Shown piece by piece: positions 61,332 to 64,000 of a DNA stretch of 64,000 nucleotides (the first letter of the stretch is position 1; each line of letters starts with the position of its first letter). Position numbers and translations under genes: made by a program. The DNA comes from a virus (Duplodnaviria > Caudoviricetes), in the IMG/VR virus record IMGVR_UViG_3300049012_000071, positions 1 through 64,000 of that record; one strand, given 5' to 3'. The notes beneath the pieces are model-generated. The model did no database searches. It was not told the origin of the DNA and saw nothing but the letters and a program-made list of their open reading frames with translations.

Positions 61332-62278
61332 GCGGGGCGTGCTGCTCGGTGGGGGCCCGTCCCGACGCGGCGGAGATCGACGCGGCGCTGAGGGCATCAG
61401 CCGAGGCTATCGCGTCCGGGAAGGACCCGCCGGAGAGCATCAACGCACTGGCGCGGCGCACCGCGGCGTCGAAGACATCCATCCTGCGGCACCGGGATCG
61501 GTGTCTTGGACTGGTCCATCTGGCTCGTGGTCCAGACCAAGTGGAGGTGGACCGGGTGGCAAGAACGCCGGATTTGTCCGGTGGACCGGCGGTGGACCGG
61601 CCAGTCCAGCTCGGTCCGAGCGCGGCGCCGCTCGAGGAGGCGGTCGACGAGCTCGCGCGGCCCCTGGCCAAGGTCCCCAACCCAGGGGACGACCCGGTGA
61701 CGGCCCCGCGGAAGCTCATCACGGCCGAGGTGGAACGGCGCGTGGTCCGGCTACGGGTCCGAGGCAAGACATGGGAGGAGATCGGGGAACAGGTGGGCGT
61801 CGACTGGGGCGCCGCGATGGACGCAGCGGAGCGGGTGCTGCTCCGGACGCGGGGCAGAGCCGACCGGCTGGCTGACCAGTACCGCGAGATCGAACTCCGT
61901 CGCTGCGACGAGCTCATCGACGCCCTCTGGGACCGGGCAACGAACCCTGACATGGCCCGCGTCGAGGTGCCCACCGAGGAGACGGTCAAGGAATACGACC
62001 TCCAGGACAAGGCCGTCGAGCGCATCGTGAAGCTTATGGAGCGCCGAGCAAAGCTGCTCGGACTCGACGCACCGACAGGCCCTGTGGTGCAGGTCAATAT
62101 CGGCCTGGATGAGGCCAGCCGCGCCATGGCCGCGTTCCTCCTGGCCGCTGCGCCGCAGGTGCGCCCGTTGTTCGTCGAGTGGCTGTCGGCCATCCGGTCC
62201 GGCGACGCACAGGCCAAGACGGACCCGGCGGCCTGGGTTGCCGCGCGACCAGTCGAGTACGCGGAGGCCAGCCGCTAA
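61328..62278 (+). CDS. terS: Terminase small subunit
   Basis: HTH RLRVRGKTWEEIGEQVG; ERRAKLLGLDAP; coupled to terL. Confidence 0.7.
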   Translation: MSGACCSVGARPDAAEIDAALRASAEAIASGKDPPESINALARRTAASKTSILRHRDRCLGLVHLARGPDQVEVDRVARTPDLSGGPAVDRPVQLGPSAAPLEEAVDELARPLAKVPNPGDDPVTAPRKLITAEVERRVVRLRVRGKTWEEIGEQVGVDWGAAMDAAERVLLRTRGRADRLADQYREIELRRCDELIDALWDRATNPDMARVEVPTEETVKEYDLQDKAVERIVKLMERRAKLLGLDAPTGPVVQVNIGLDEASRAMAAFLLAAAPQVRPLFVEWLSAIRSGDAQAKTDPAAWVAARPVEYAEASR

Positions 62279-63909
62279 TGGGGGAGCCCGCAGACAACCT
62301 GGAGCGCTTCGCTGAGGCAGCTCTGGAGGTAGCCAGCGGGGACGTCGCCAACGACAACGGCCCAGCGCTCGGCCCAGGTCTCTCCTTCGAGACACTGGTC
62401 ACACACCGGGACCTCGCCGCCTTCCGGGCGTCGCCGACCCAGCTCGCACTCATCCGCTCCGCCGATGGGCGCGGGGACGAGGTGCAGCTCCCGCCCGACC
62501 GGATGCTGTTCCACTTCAACCAGGAGCGCCTGCCGAGCGGTCGCCCTCGCCTTGTGGTGCTCCGGACCGGGGTTCGCGCGGGGAAGAGCTTCCTGGCCGC
62601 GATGGCGCTGCTCCTCTCGGTGCTCACCTGCACGTTCCGGCGCGCGCCGCTCGAGCACGAGGTCGCCGATCCGGACGGCATGGTGGGCGTCCGCAAGGGG
62701 GAGTTCGTCCGGGCGCTCATCGTGGCCCCGGTGATGGAGCTGTCGAAAGCCGTCCTCTACCACCTCGTGGGGACGATGCAGTCATCGCCGAGGCTGGCGA
62801 AGCTGCTCGTGAAGGTCGGCAGCAACTTCTGCGTCATCCGTCGGGAGGACGGGCACAATGTCCTTGTCAAGCTCGTGGCCGCGTCGGGCGGCGGCACGAA
62901 CCTGCGATCGACGTGGCTTGCTGGGGTGGTGTTCGACGAGGGGGCGTTCTTCGACGAGGACGGCAAGGCTGTCACGCTGAAGGACCAGCTCCGCGCGGCG
63001 ATGGCGCGCCTGCTGAAGGGCGCCCAGGCATGGGTGCCGAGCTCACCGTGGAACGACTCGGACCCGTTCCACGAGCTCTTTGAGAGGCACTTCGGCAAGC
63101 CTGGGCACGCGCTGGCGTTCCACAGCGACTCGCGCAGCATGAACCCAACGCTCGACCCGGATGAGGAACAGGCCGAGCGCGAGCGGGACCCCGACAACGC
63201 GGCGCGGGAGTACGACGCGGTGCCGCTCCCGACAGGCTCGTCGCTGTTCTTCCCGCCGGACGCGTTGGTCAAGTCGGTGAACAAGGACAGGGAGATGTAC
63301 CTGGCGCCGCTGCGCGGGGTGGCGCACTCTGCGGCGTCCGACCTCGGCCTGCGGAAGAACAGCAGCGCGGTGGCCACGGCCCGCTTCGAGGGCGGCAAGG
63401 TGCGGCTCGCCTACCACGAGGAGCTCCGGCCCGAACGCGGTGCCTCGCTGAAGCCGTCGGCCACTTGCGCCCACGTCGCGAGGAAGGCGCTCGCGTACGG
63501 GTGCAGGACGGTGCGCGGCGACATCCACTACGCCGACACCGCGAAAGAGGAGTTCGAGAAGCTGCGCGGCGAAGGTCACGAGATCTACTACGACGAGTGG
63601 ACACCGCGTGCGGAGGCGACCACGGCGATGTTCACGGAGTTCCGCCGGCGCATGCAGGAGGGGCTCGTCGAGCTGCCAAACGACCCGCGGCTACTCGGGC
63701 AGCTGAAGGCGGTGACGTGGAAGGCGATGGAGGGCGGCGTCATCAAGGTGCTGCTGCCCAAGCAGGGGCAGACCCACGGCGATCTGGCGCAGGTGGTGGT
63801 CAGCGCCTGCACAATGGTCGAGATCCCGACTCCGGGCGGCGTGGCATCGATCAAGGACTACACCTTCAGCGCCGACTACCGCTTCGGCCGGGGCAGGGGC
63901 TTCGGGTGA
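62278..63909 (+). CDS. terL: Terminase large subunit
   Basis: Walker A GVRAGKS, Walker B VVFDEGAF, SSP coupling motif, nuclease SDLG...HGD. Confidence 0.85.
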   Translation: MGEPADNLERFAEAALEVASGDVANDNGPALGPGLSFETLVTHRDLAAFRASPTQLALIRSADGRGDEVQLPPDRMLFHFNQERLPSGRPRLVVLRTGVRAGKSFLAAMALLLSVLTCTFRRAPLEHEVADPDGMVGVRKGEFVRALIVAPVMELSKAVLYHLVGTMQSSPRLAKLLVKVGSNFCVIRREDGHNVLVKLVAASGGGTNLRSTWLAGVVFDEGAFFDEDGKAVTLKDQLRAAMARLLKGAQAWVPSSPWNDSDPFHELFERHFGKPGHALAFHSDSRSMNPTLDPDEEQAERERDPDNAAREYDAVPLPTGSSLFFPPDALVKSVNKDREMYLAPLRGVAHSAASDLGLRKNSSAVATARFEGGKVRLAYHEELRPERGASLKPSATCAHVARKALAYGCRTVRGDIHYADTAKEEFEKLRGEGHEIYYDEWTPRAEATTAMFTEFRRRMQEGLVELPNDPRLLGQLKAVTWKAMEGGVIKVLLPKQGQTHGDLAQVVVSACTMVEIPTPGGVASIKDYTFSADYRFGRGRGFG

Positions 63910-64000
63910 GCGCGGCGTCGCGACCTAAGACGGCAGACGCTCTCCCACGCTAACATAGTACGCCGTGGCGTATCAACGTGCAAGGGTGCAACGCACGTGG

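Noticed and set aside
63959-63972. Palindrome TACGCC-GT-GGCGTA after terL as a late regulatory site
   Set aside because: Single short copy at the window edge; no second instance seen.

Overview
The whole window reads as part of a large, GC-rich temperate tailed-phage genome. The host is most likely a myxobacterium (inferred from RpoH-like sigma factors, a KGG protein, a Cys-rich lipoprotein and a Mx8-like attP inside int). Layout: (1) 0.2-8.3 kb holds cargo genes and two divergent operons of small orphan genes, controlled by a ribbon-helix-helix (RHH) gene with three matching operator/promoter palindromes. (2) 8.5-36.2 kb is a long, translationally coupled leftward operon: J-domain protein, two RpoH-like sigma factors flanking an SF2 helicase, cyclic-phosphate receiver-domain protein, MazG-like protein, DUF5131, Tad2-like protein, TrpF-like barrel, an ASCH-like gene with an in-frame HNH, and RecT/YqaJ/exonuclease. 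(3) 36.2-37.8 kb is the immunity switch: an ImmA-like gene lacking HExxH, a CI-like and a Cro-like gene, and palindromic operators. (4) 37.8-64 kb is a rightward operon: xis/int with a tRNA-Arg(CCG) attP core inside int, HNH, tmk, MT-A70 methylase, replication initiator with iterons, DnaB, a squalene/phytoene-synthase-like gene, and the terminase subunits. attP is intact with phage genes on both sides, so this is not a prophage junction. All family calls come from motif recognition by eye; no searches were run. Starts were trimmed to RBS- or overlap-supported codons where visible.
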